A DNA stretch of 64,000 nucleotides from Phototrophicaceae bacterium (GTDB taxonomy: Bacteria; Chloroflexota; Anaerolineae; Aggregatilineales; Phototrophicaceae): NCBI GenBank assembly GCA_965208235.1, contig OZ242327.1:780526-844525 (forward strand). The letters are read 5' to 3'. Every line of letters starts with the position of its first letter. Positions within the stretch are counted from its first letter, which is position 1. Made by a program: the position numbers and the translations under genes. This document shows, piece by piece, positions 1 to 8,866 of this stretch. The notes under the pieces were generated by a model. It searched no databases. It was not told where the DNA came from and saw only the letters and a list, made by a program, of their open reading frames with translations.

Positions 1-902
1 GGGATGATTCCCTGCGGCAAGTAATTCGAGTCATGAATGTCTTCCGGACGGATGCCGCAGACAACATCGGAGCCAACATGGCTTCTATAGGTATCGGCCT
101 TGTCTGCGGGCATGCGCAGGGAGAACGAGCCCAGATCCACGACAAGGTTGTCGCCATCCGGTTTGATGGTCGCATCGAAGAAGTTCATCGACGGGCTGCC
201 AATAAAACCGGCCACGAATACGTTGCGTGGATTGTGATACAGGTTATAGGGGGAATCGATCTGCTGCAGCATGCCTTCATTGAGTACACAGATCCGCGTT
301 CCCATGGTCATGGCTTCGACCTGATCATGTGTTACATAGATGAAGGTCGTTTCCAGGCGTTGGTGCAGCCGGCTGATAAAGGAGCGGGCTTCGACGCGCA
401 ACTTGGCATCGAGATTCGACAGAGGCTCGTCCATCAAGAAGACAGCCGGCTCGCGCACAATCGCGCGACCGACGGCGACGCGTTGACGCTGACCACCGGA
501 AAGCTGGCGCGGACGCCGATCCAGCAAGTGCCCGATACCCAATTCATTGGCGGCTTCGCGAACGCGCTCGTCAATGATTTTCTTGGGAGTTTTACGCAGC
601 TTCAAACCAAAAGCCATGTTATCATACACAGTCATATGCGGATAAAGGGCGTAACTCTGGAAGACCATAGCCACATCGCGATCCTTAGGCGCGACATTGT
701 TGACAACACGGTCGCCAATCAAAATCTCGCCCTCGGTGATTTCTTCCAGACCAGCAAGCATGCGCAAGCTCGTCGATTTACCGCACCCGGATGGTCCGAC
801 GAAAACCAGAAATTCCTTGTCGGCGACCTCAATGTTCAAGTCCGACACGACACGTTGATCGCCAAAATCCTTTGAAACATGATTGAATGTAACACCAGCC
901 AC
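1..902 (-). CDS. Sugar-type ABC transporter ATP-binding protein (MalK/UgpC/MsmX-like); the 3' end runs off the window
   Basis: Absent from the supplied ORF track because it has no stop inside the window. My minus-strand translation from GTG at 902 reads [19 protein letters not shown]...[14 protein letters not shown] (Walker A), [15 protein letters not shown] (ABC signature), [12 protein letters not shown] (Walker B) and YVTHDQ (H-loop). A GGAGG lies 5 nt upstream of the GTG. The listed + ORF 33..875 is its antisense shadow. Confidence 0.9.
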   Translation of the reverse strand, partial: MAGVTFNHVSKDFGDQRVVSDLNIEVADKEFLVFVGPSGCGKSTSLRMLAGLEEITEGEILIGDRVVNNVAPKDRDVAMVFQSYALYPHMTVYDNMAFGLKLRKTPKKIIDERVREAANELGIGHLLDRRPRQLSGGQRQRVAVGRAIVREPAVFLMDEPLSNLDAKLRVEARSFISRLHQRLETTFIYVTHDQVEAMTMGTRICVLNEGMLQQIDSPYNLYHNPRNVFVAGFIGSPSMNFFDATIKPDGDNLVVDLGSFSLRMPADKADTYRSHVGSDVVCGIRPEDIHDSNYLPQGII

Positions 903-1078
903 GAGAGCCTCCGGTCAATTACTAGATGGACGAAAATACTGTTAAAACTGCACAAAGAGCTAACTTGACAGCGAATTGCTTTTATAGTGGCAATTATAGC
1001 GGTTTTTTCTGATTTTGCAAATATTTTGGCGAATTGATGTAAAATTCCCGTAAATTCCCGGCGGAGCGCGAAGAAACC

Positions 1079-2299
1079 ATGGCTGACAACCCAAACGCAG
1101 AGATCATCGCAATTGGAACGGAATTGCTTCTGGGCGAGATTACCGATACAAATTCGGTCTTCATGGCCAGGCAGTTGCGGAACATCGGGGTCAACATTTT
1201 CTTAATGACGACGGTGGGCGACAACCTCGGCAGGATCGCCGAATCGATAAGAGCGGCTCTTGGCCGCGCGGAGATCGTTATAACTTGCGGCGGGCTGGGA
1301 CCAACTGTGGACGATATGACACGGCAAGCCGTTGCCGACGCCGCTGATAGACCGCTCGAGTTTCATCAATCGTTATATGACAACATTGCCGAGAGATTCC
1401 GCGGATTTGGCGTGCGCATGACCGCAAACAATCGACAACAAGCGTACTTGCCGCATGAGGCTCTATTGGTGGAAAACCCCGTCGGCACAGCGCCGGCCTT
1501 CATTGTCGAGTCGGACCTGGGCATTATTATCAGCCTGCCCGGGGTCCCGCGAGAAATGAAATATCTGCTGACCGAATCCGTCGTGCCCTATTTGCTGCGC
1601 AAGTTTGACCTGGGCATCATCGTTGCCAGGACACTGAGGACCGCGGGGATCGGCGAAAGTTCGCTGGATGACATGATCGGCGCGGAGATTCTCAATGAGC
1701 GCAATCCAAGCGTCGGTCTGGCGGCGCATCATGGTTGCGTCGATATCCGTCTGACTGCCAAGGCGAAGAGCAAATTCGAAGCGGAGTCGCTGTTGGACGC
1801 GATGCAGCAGAGGCTTTTTAACCGAGTCGGGGATCATATCTTTGGGACCGGCGAGGCGACATTGGAGGGTGTAGTTTCCCAGACGCTGGGGGCGCGCCAA
1901 CTCTCGATTCATATATTGGAAGCTGGCTTGCCGGGCGTCATAAGCGAGCGACTTGATTCGGGTCTGTCTCTTGTTAGTTCAGAGGCGCTTGCCCATCCAG
2001 GTGACTTGTTCAACAGACTGGGGCGGGATCCGCGGGATACTACGCTGAGAGAGTTGGCGGTGGATGCGGTTCAGCATTCTCGACGAGAAAACGGGGCTGA
2101 TGCCTGCGTTGTATCGCTGAGTTATCCCGATCTGGACGAGAACGCGGATGTCGAGCAGGGTAGCGCAATCGCTATCGCAACCGCCGACGGGCTCGCGTAT
2201 CGTGCCTACGGGTTCGGCGCGCGCTCGGCTCTGGCGCAGAACTGGCTGTCTCGCTGGGGGCTGGCCAACCTGTGGCGAATGCTCAAGGATGGGAATTGA
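1079..2299 (+). CDS. cinA: CinA-family competence/damage-inducible protein (MoCF-type domain plus C-terminal PncC-like domain)
   Basis: 406-aa ORF. The N-terminus AEIIAIGTELLLGEITDTNSVFMARQL...ITCGGLGPTVDDMTRQAVA is the typical CinA N-terminal domain. Confidence 0.85.
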   Translation: MADNPNAEIIAIGTELLLGEITDTNSVFMARQLRNIGVNIFLMTTVGDNLGRIAESIRAALGRAEIVITCGGLGPTVDDMTRQAVADAADRPLEFHQSLYDNIAERFRGFGVRMTANNRQQAYLPHEALLVENPVGTAPAFIVESDLGIIISLPGVPREMKYLLTESVVPYLLRKFDLGIIVARTLRTAGIGESSLDDMIGAEILNERNPSVGLAAHHGCVDIRLTAKAKSKFEAESLLDAMQQRLFNRVGDHIFGTGEATLEGVVSQTLGARQLSIHILEAGLPGVISERLDSGLSLVSSEALAHPGDLFNRLGRDPRDTTLRELAVDAVQHSRRENGADACVVSLSYPDLDENADVEQGSAIAIATADGLAYRAYGFGARSALAQNWLSRWGLANLWRMLKDGN

Positions 2300-2315
2300 G
2301 CGGAGGACTGGCGGA

Positions 2316-4115
2316 TCATTCGTCCAGACTCAATAGCGCCATGAAGGCTTCTTGCGGCAGCTCTACAGAGCCGATCATCTTCATGCGCTTTTTGCCTTTT
2401 TTCTGCTTTTCCAGCAGTTTCTTTTTTCGCGTGACGTCTCCGCCGTAACATTTTGCCAGCACATCTTTCCTCAGCGCTTTTACATTTGCGCGCGAGATCA
2501 CCCGTTTGCCGACAGCGGCTTGCACCGGCACCGTGAACATCTGCCGCGGGATCAATTTCTTTAGCCTGGTGATCAAACGCTGGCCACGATGATAGGCATC
2601 GTCGCGATGACAAATCATGGCCAGCGCGTCGACCGGCTCGCCATTGACCAAGACATCAATCTTGACCAGGTCGCCAGTACGATATTCTTCAAACTGATAG
2701 TCGAGGCTGGCATAACCCTGGGTCACGCTTTTGAGCTTGTCATAGAAGTCGATGATTATTTCCGACAGTGGTATGGAGAAATGCAAGATGACCCGCGACG
2801 CGTCGAGGTATTCGGTCGTTTCGTATAGCCCGCGCTTGTTGATTGCCAGATCCATGATCGCTCCGATATATGTTTGCGGCGCGTAAATCTGGATCTTCAT
2901 CCAAGGCTCCTGGACCTCGACTATCCCGTTTTCGTCCGGCAGCAAAGCCGGGCTGTCTATCAGGACTGTCTCGCCATTCTTTTGCAATACGCGGTATTCG
3001 ACGCTCGGCGCCGTGGCCAGGATGTCCAGGTCGTACTCGCGCTCCAGGCGCTCCTGTACGATCTCCATGTGGAACAATCCCAGGAAGCCCGCCCGAAAAC
3101 CGAAATTCAGCGCCTGAGATGTTTCCGGTTGAAAGACCAGGGAAGCGTCGTTGAGCTGAAGCTTGTCGAGCGCATCACGCAAATCGGCGTAGTCTTCGTT
3201 CTTCGTTGGGTAGATGCCGGCAAAGACCATCGGCTTGACCATTTCGTAGCCGGGCAAGGGGACCTGGCTGCCTTTGTTGCCCAAGGTTACGGTATCGCCG
3301 ACGCGGCATTCCTGGACGGTTTTCAGGCCCGTGGCGATATAACCTACTTCTCCGGCGCGCAAGTCGTCGACGGCGCGCATGATGGGGTCGAAGACACCGA
3401 TTTCCACAGGCTCGAAGCGAGCGCCAGTCGCCACGAGCTTGAGCATTTGCCGCCGATTGATCGCGCCATCAACCACGCGCACGTATGCAATGACGCCTTT
3501 GTAGGCATCGTAGTGCGAATCAAAGACGAGGGCGCGGAATGGCTCCCCGGCATCGGTTGAGGGCGGCGGCACTTCGACAAGCACTTTTTCCAGCAGGTCG
3601 CGCACGCCGATGCCATTCTTGGCCGAAATGCGGGGCATTTCCTTCGCTGGACTGCCCAACAAGTCTTCAACATCACCCGCCACGTCGCCCGGCTGCGCCG
3701 CGGGCAAATCAATCTTGTTGATGACCGGAATGATCTCCAGGTCTTGTTCCAAAGCCAAATAGACGTTGGAGAGTGTCTGCGCTTCGATTCCCTGGCTGGC
3801 GTCGACGACAAGAATCGCGCCCTCGCAGGCTTGCAGCGCTCGGCTCACTTCGTATGTGAAATCGACATGTCCCGGGGTGTCTATCAGGTTGATCGTATAC
3901 TGATTGCCGTCGTCGGCGTCGTAAAGCATTCTCACTGCGGAGGCTTTGATCGTGACGCCACGTTCGCGTTCCAGCGCCATGCTGTCCAGCAATTGTTCTT
4001 GCATCTCGCGCGCGGCAACTGTATTGGTCAGTTCCAGCAAACGATCCGCCAAGGTGCTCTTGCCGTGATCGACATGGGCTATGATACAGAAGTTGCGGAT
4101 TTTATCGATTTCCAT
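2316..4115 (-). CDS. lepA: Translation elongation factor 4 (LepA)
   Basis: 599 aa with IRNFCIIAHVDHGKSTLADRLL (G1), DTPGHVDF (G3), NKIDL (G4) and the LepA-type basic C-terminus GGDVTRKKKLLEKQKKGKKRMK. Confidence 0.97.
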   Translation of the reverse strand: MEIDKIRNFCIIAHVDHGKSTLADRLLELTNTVAAREMQEQLLDSMALERERGVTIKASAVRMLYDADDGNQYTINLIDTPGHVDFTYEVSRALQACEGAILVVDASQGIEAQTLSNVYLALEQDLEIIPVINKIDLPAAQPGDVAGDVEDLLGSPAKEMPRISAKNGIGVRDLLEKVLVEVPPPSTDAGEPFRALVFDSHYDAYKGVIAYVRVVDGAINRRQMLKLVATGARFEPVEIGVFDPIMRAVDDLRAGEVGYIATGLKTVQECRVGDTVTLGNKGSQVPLPGYEMVKPMVFAGIYPTKNEDYADLRDALDKLQLNDASLVFQPETSQALNFGFRAGFLGLFHMEIVQERLEREYDLDILATAPSVEYRVLQKNGETVLIDSPALLPDENGIVEVQEPWMKIQIYAPQTYIGAIMDLAINKRGLYETTEYLDASRVILHFSIPLSEIIIDFYDKLKSVTQGYASLDYQFEEYRTGDLVKIDVLVNGEPVDALAMICHRDDAYHRGQRLITRLKKLIPRQMFTVPVQAAVGKRVISRANVKALRKDVLAKCYGGDVTRKKKLLEKQKKGKKRMKMIGSVELPQEAFMALLSLDE

Positions 4116-4181
4116 CTTCGTCTTTGTTCCAGCCCTTTGAAAGTCATTATCATCGATTATCGATTGGCGGAGTAGGGCAAG

Positions 4182-4973
4182 CTACGACGTGGAATCAACC
4201 AGGCGCCGGATGATAGCGAGAACCTGGCTGTCCGAGCAGCTTGACCCGCCATTGCGAAGCCACATCAAGAATTCGACGTTGCCCTTTTTGCCGGTAATGG
4301 GCGACCGCATCAGATCCAGGATCGAGAAGCCGTGCGAGGCGGCGTACGCTGCAATCTCTTGCAAGACGCGCTTGTGCACCGCTGGATCTTTGATGATGCC
4401 GCCTTTGCCGACATCCGACTTGCCGGCTTCGAACTGTGGTTTGACCAGGGCAACAAGGTCGGCTTGGGGCAACAGCCATGCCTTGGCCGGGGGCAAGATA
4501 TGCCGCAGGGAGATGAATGAAACGTCGACGGCGATCAATCCGACGAGTTCGCCCAGCGAATCCAGATAACGCGCATTTGTCCGTTCCAGCAGGCGCACGC
4601 GCTTGTCCTGTCGCAATCCGAAGTCGAGTATGCCGCTGCCAACATCAATAGCGTGAACGCGCGCTGCGCCCGCCTGCAGCAGGCAATCCGTAAAGCCGCC
4701 CGTGCTCGCGCCGACATCAGCGCAGATTTTCCCTGCCACGTCGATTCTGAATTCGCGCAGAGCCGCTTCCAGCTTGAGCCCAGCGCGACTGACATAGCGC
4801 TGTTTCTCCTTGAGCCGAATGCACGCGCTGCTGGCAACCAAGGCGCCGGGTTTGTCAACGAGTCTGCCATCGACGTTGACCTCGGCGGCCATGATCATGG
4901 CTGCGGCTTTTGCGCGACTCTCGGCCAGCGCGCGGTCGACCAGCAGCATATCCAGTCTTCGCTTGTCAGTCAT
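4182..4973 (-). CDS. tlyA: TlyA-family rRNA 2'-O-methyltransferase (hemolysin A-like)
   Basis: 263 aa. An S4-like N-terminus (RLDMLLVDRALAESRAKAAAMI) is followed by the FtsJ-type SAM motif DVGASTGGFTDCLLQ. Confidence 0.85.
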   Translation of the reverse strand: MTDKRRLDMLLVDRALAESRAKAAAMIMAAEVNVDGRLVDKPGALVASSACIRLKEKQRYVSRAGLKLEAALREFRIDVAGKICADVGASTGGFTDCLLQAGAARVHAIDVGSGILDFGLRQDKRVRLLERTNARYLDSLGELVGLIAVDVSFISLRHILPPAKAWLLPQADLVALVKPQFEAGKSDVGKGGIIKDPAVHKRVLQEIAAYAASHGFSILDLMRSPITGKKGNVEFLMWLRNGGSSCSDSQVLAIIRRLVDSTS

Positions 4974-7194
4974 TTAAGTAACCGCGGACCAATTCCATGG
5001 TGATATCCACGGCGCGTTGGTCTTCCCCGAATTGAAAGCTATCGGCAGCGAGCGGCAGGTACCCGTCCGCGGCCACAATAACGCTATAGGGCGTATCCGC
5101 CGCCAGCGGCCGGGCAAATTGAAAATCGCCGTTGCGGTCAGTCGTTGAAGTGGAGAACACTTGCTCTTCTTTCCATTCAAACTCGCTTGCCGAATAATCT
5201 TCACTTATCAGGACGATTGTCACATTTGCTATTCCGGTCAATGTGGCGGCATCCAGCACAGTCCCGCGCAGCAAGGCGCCGTCGTATTCGGCCAGGCGAT
5301 CAATCGGCAATTGCCCGATGCCTACAGTTCCTTCAATTGCCAAAATCTGCAAATTATTCACGAGCAATTGCAATTGATATTTGCCGTCTGGGGGCGAGTC
5401 AACTGATAGCATAAAGTCGGATCCGCTCTCTACTGTGACCCAGGCATAAGTCGATTCGAAAAACGGCAGATCATCAACCAACCAGCGGACCGTCCAGTCC
5501 GTGCCAGCCGCGATCGCCTGCCAATCGAACAGAGCGAAAATCGACGGTACAGCTTCTGTAAATGTTGACGATGCAATCGAGTCTCTCGCGTCAAAGACGC
5601 TTGACGCGGAAACATAGCGCCCGTTGGAGAATACAGCGGGGAGCGGGCCGCCGGTACTCCCAGCGACGACGAAATCCGAGGTAGCGGACAGAACGCGATC
5701 GAGGTAAAGCTCCAGACGATACTTCCCGGGTATCAATCCGCCCAAGGGGCGCAGTTGAACAACGTCCGACCCGTTCGCGCCTCGGGACCAGATATCATTC
5801 GTGCGGCCGACCTCTGCGCCGCCGTAGTACCAGATCGCGCTCCAGGGTGTTCCGTCTGATAAATTAGCGTAAAGAAAGCGCGCATAGGCGATTGTGCCGA
5901 TTGGCAAGATATAGCCGTTGCCGATGAGGTTGCCTTGATTATCCAGCAGCCCAAACACGATATTGCTGAAGCGAGCCGAATTGTCCGCTCCGCCACCCAC
6001 GACGATGCGCTGGCTGGCCGCGGCCAGACCGTTGAGCAGCAGCGTAAACTGATAGGCGCCATTTGGCCAGGGCTGATCTCGACTTCCGATATGCCAGAGG
6101 CCATTCTGTCCGCCGCTCCAATGCACGGGCGGCAAGCTGAAAGTGACGTCCGGTATGCCGTCGCGCGTGACTCTCAGCTCATATACGGTTTCGGGTGTCA
6201 TGTTGCGGTAGTCAAAAAAAAGATAGAGGCTGTTAGTGTTGGCGGGCATCGCGCCAACAACTGTCGAAGGCAAACCATCTACCACCGAGGGAGAAAAAAT
6301 GAGACGGGAAACGGTGGGAGGTTCAGATGACAACAGCATCCTCGCAGGCACTGTATGGATTTGGACGCGCAGATCAAGAGCGGCGCCCCTGATCAGGCTT
6401 TGCGCCAGGCGAATCGGCCTTATCGTGCTGATGAAGTCGCCAGTGGGGACACAGTGATCGCTGCTGTTGATAAGTCCATCGCCGGTCGTATCTTCAATGA
6501 AACGACAGCTATCTTCCGTCACAGGGCGGCCATACTTCGCGCTGGTAGGGATGCCAATCAATTGTCCCAGACTGTCGTATGCGCCTCCGCCGGACATTGT
6601 CCCCGGTAGTTCAGCCCTGGTCTTGAACCAGGCCCGGGTCCCGCCGCGCGGCTCCGAGATGAAAGCTGTGATTGTCCCTCGCGCGATCGTCACGGCTTGA
6701 TTGCCTATGTCCCGATATCCGGACACGAATATGTTGTCGTCAATGTCAATATCCGCCGATGCCCCGATCCCGACGAAAGGCAAGACTGGCAGCGCGCCAG
6801 CCGCAATGGCGCGACCATCCAATTCGCGCGTAATGCGCAAAACCGCGATGTCCAGACCCTGGTCGGCGTTGGCGATCTCGGCGCGATATTTTGGCACTGG
6901 CGGTTCGTTGAGGTCGACATTCATGGAAACGATAAGCGTTTCGCCGTCGCAGGTTTGGCTTGGCACTACGCTATGCGCGCTGGTCACGATCAAGCCGTCC
7001 GCGCTGACGATTGTGCCGGTACTGACGCATTTTACGACCAGATCGTTGGCCAGACTTTGCGCTTGGTATATGAAGACTGTCGCCCGCTTGATGGCATCCA
7101 GATCCGTTTGGGCGACGCCAAACGAAGGCGCAAACAGCGAGAGCAATAGCCCGGCAAAAATATATATCGAGAGCTTATTCACCGTTACAATCAA
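4966..7194 (-). CDS. Secreted trypsin-like (S1-fold) serine protease with a long middle region and a C-terminal carboxypeptidase-regulatory-like domain
   Basis: 742 aa starting at TTG, with signal-like N-terminus IYIFAGLLLSLFAPSFGVAQ. Triad candidates are TSAHSV, LDIAVLRI and GTMSGGGAYD. The C-terminus reads GTVLDAATLTGIANVTIVL...TDRNGDFQF...YSVIVAADGY. It overlaps tlyA by 8 nt and the upstream gene by 4 nt. Confidence 0.65.
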   Translation of the reverse strand: MIVTVNKLSIYIFAGLLLSLFAPSFGVAQTDLDAIKRATVFIYQAQSLANDLVVKCVSTGTIVSADGLIVTSAHSVVPSQTCDGETLIVSMNVDLNEPPVPKYRAEIANADQGLDIAVLRITRELDGRAIAAGALPVLPFVGIGASADIDIDDNIFVSGYRDIGNQAVTIARGTITAFISEPRGGTRAWFKTRAELPGTMSGGGAYDSLGQLIGIPTSAKYGRPVTEDSCRFIEDTTGDGLINSSDHCVPTGDFISTIRPIRLAQSLIRGAALDLRVQIHTVPARMLLSSEPPTVSRLIFSPSVVDGLPSTVVGAMPANTNSLYLFFDYRNMTPETVYELRVTRDGIPDVTFSLPPVHWSGGQNGLWHIGSRDQPWPNGAYQFTLLLNGLAAASQRIVVGGGADNSARFSNIVFGLLDNQGNLIGNGYILPIGTIAYARFLYANLSDGTPWSAIWYYGGAEVGRTNDIWSRGANGSDVVQLRPLGGLIPGKYRLELYLDRVLSATSDFVVAGSTGGPLPAVFSNGRYVSASSVFDARDSIASSTFTEAVPSIFALFDWQAIAAGTDWTVRWLVDDLPFFESTYAWVTVESGSDFMLSVDSPPDGKYQLQLLVNNLQILAIEGTVGIGQLPIDRLAEYDGALLRGTVLDAATLTGIANVTIVLISEDYSASEFEWKEEQVFSTSTTDRNGDFQFARPLAADTPYSVIVAADGYLPLAADSFQFGEDQRAVDITMELVRGYLND

Positions 7195-7790
7195 AACTCC
7201 AGGCTTTGGATGAATCGATCCAACGTTGCCCGTTCACGCTGAAAGATGCTCGCGTCGGCGCGAAAGGAAACGATAACCGCTTGGCCGCGGCTGATCGTGA
7301 GCACGTCCAAGCCCGCGACAATTGCCGACAAGCCCTCCAGGAATGGGCTCGCGTCCCGGGAAACATAGGAATAGGACATCGTCACTGCTGTCGTGTCGTC
7401 AGGCAGAACATAGATATCATAACCGAGTACCGTATAGTCAATGAGCGTCTGGGAACGCCGAAGCGTCAAGCGGTCCAAAAGATTGCGCTCGGTAGTGTCG
7501 GGTCCAACGGGCAATGTGCGTACCTCAATTAGTGTGTTGAAACCCAGTTGCGCTGTGTTCTCTACACGAAAGACATAGTCCCCGGCCTCGCTCAACAGCC
7601 AGCGATCTGGATAGCGGGCTGTGATGCCGGCTTCGAAATTGTTGTATATCAGGGAGCGGTTGAGGCTGCTGTCGCGCAGGTTGGCGCCAGCGATCAAGCC
7701 GAGCCCGATCAATACAAAGCTGAAGAGCATCGACCAGCGCTGCCGAGGCGTCAACAAGACAGCTTGGGCGCGACCTGTATCAAATTCCAT
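7191..7790 (-). CDS. Hypothetical membrane-anchored protein
   Basis: 199 aa starting at ATG, with a single N-terminal TM (WSMLFSFVLIGLGLIAGA). Translationally coupled on both sides. No motif recognised. Confidence 0.5.
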   Translation of the reverse strand: MEFDTGRAQAVLLTPRQRWSMLFSFVLIGLGLIAGANLRDSSLNRSLIYNNFEAGITARYPDRWLLSEAGDYVFRVENTAQLGFNTLIEVRTLPVGPDTTERNLLDRLTLRRSQTLIDYTVLGYDIYVLPDDTTAVTMSYSYVSRDASPFLEGLSAIVAGLDVLTISRGQAVIVSFRADASIFQRERATLDRFIQSLEF

Positions 7791-8691
7791 CGCTGTCTCT
7801 GCTGCTTGCGAACGCTTCGCGTTCTCGTCTCTCGGATGCGTTGTACAAGAAAAATGTCAGCGCTCCTGTTAAACAGATTGCGACAATTAGAAATAATATG
7901 CCGAACAGGGGCCGATCTTCGTTTCCGGCGGTGCCTAATGGTCCGCTCATTATCCCGGTAAAGACTGGCGCGATGAGCCCGGTCGTGGCAGCCGCCGCGA
8001 TGACGTTTGTTGGCAGCACAAGCGGCATGGCGTTGCCGAAATAAGATTCTGTGATGCCCAAAGCGATGAACATGGCCGATGCAAACTGAATCGCAAGATT
8101 GGCAAGCACATAGTTGGCCGCAATTGCCAGGGATGGCTGGAGTTGCCAGACAATGGCTATATTGAGGTAAAAGCTGTAGCCGACTGCGCTCGCCAAGCAA
8201 TAAGCCACCGCATCGCTTCGCATTCGCAGTTCATCGGGATAAATGGTGAACCTAAGAACCAGCAGCTTGAGACCGGCATCGACAAGTCCAGCCGTCAGGG
8301 CGAAGCCTAGAATCCGGCGGAAGACCGTCTCCAGAGGCAACCATTCTTCCAAACGAAAAAAGTCCTGTACGAGCGGTAGACCGATAGCCGCGGCCGACAA
8401 AGCGGAGAGGACGGCGACGCCAAACAGGCGGCGCCTGGGCCGAGCGCTTTGAGTTTCAGGCGCTACCGCGATTGCCAGCCAAACAACGGGCACAAATAGA
8501 AGCAAGGCAGCCGTGAGAACACGGCTGACGTCGCTCTCCGGTTTCAGCGACAATGTTTCTGACAAGACAAGGAACAGGAGGCAAAGCGCGATTATCATGG
8601 CAAGCTGAATCACTATGTTTCGCCAGACAGGCACTGTCGCATGGCGCTGGCCATCGCCGGAAGCAAACAGTCCTTGGAAAGCCTCGGTCAT
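7780..8691 (-). CDS. Polytopic membrane protein, PrsW-like fold with degenerate catalytic motifs (tentative)
   Basis: ORF 7780..8715 has a TTG start. I prefer the ATG at 8691 (MTEAFQGLF). It has at least 7 hydrophobic segments. GLVDAGLKLLVL, AVGYSFYLNIAIV and ANLAIQFASAMFIALG line up by eye with the PrsW EExxK, GxGFxxxEN and H-containing motifs, but the acidic and His residues are replaced. Confidence 0.45.
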   Translation of the reverse strand: MTEAFQGLFASGDGQRHATVPVWRNIVIQLAMIIALCLLFLVLSETLSLKPESDVSRVLTAALLLFVPVVWLAIAVAPETQSARPRRRLFGVAVLSALSAAAIGLPLVQDFFRLEEWLPLETVFRRILGFALTAGLVDAGLKLLVLRFTIYPDELRMRSDAVAYCLASAVGYSFYLNIAIVWQLQPSLAIAANYVLANLAIQFASAMFIALGITESYFGNAMPLVLPTNVIAAAATTGLIAPVFTGIMSGPLGTAGNEDRPLFGILFLIVAICLTGALTFFLYNASERREREAFASSRDSDGI

Positions 8692-8866
8692 AGATTCACC
8701 GCAAATGGCGCGCAAGGCCGATGTTCAATCATACTTAAAAGCTACGCAACTTTGCCGCTCTTGTAAAGTGGAAAGGCCTGTCGCCAGTTGTCTATGCAAG
8801 ATTCGAGATCTGGGACGTCTTTCCAGCGCATGTGGTATGCTCGTTCCAAGCAAAGGTAAAGGCAAT

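Noticed and set aside
33-875. 280-aa + strand ORF at the left edge
   Set aside because: It is the antisense shadow of a clear MalK/UgpC-type ABC ATPase on the minus strand, which has Walker A, the signature motif, Walker B and an SD plus GTG start at 902. The + strand product has no recognisable motifs.
2874-4175. Several + strand ORFs (2874..3560, 3744..4175 and others) inside lepA
   Set aside because: These are antisense shadows of a 599-aa LepA with all GTPase motifs.
8615-8866. 84-aa N-terminal extension of the substrate-binding protein ORF
   Set aside because: The extension overlaps the divergent upstream gene and has odd composition. The ATG at 8867 yields a textbook lipoprotein signal peptide.
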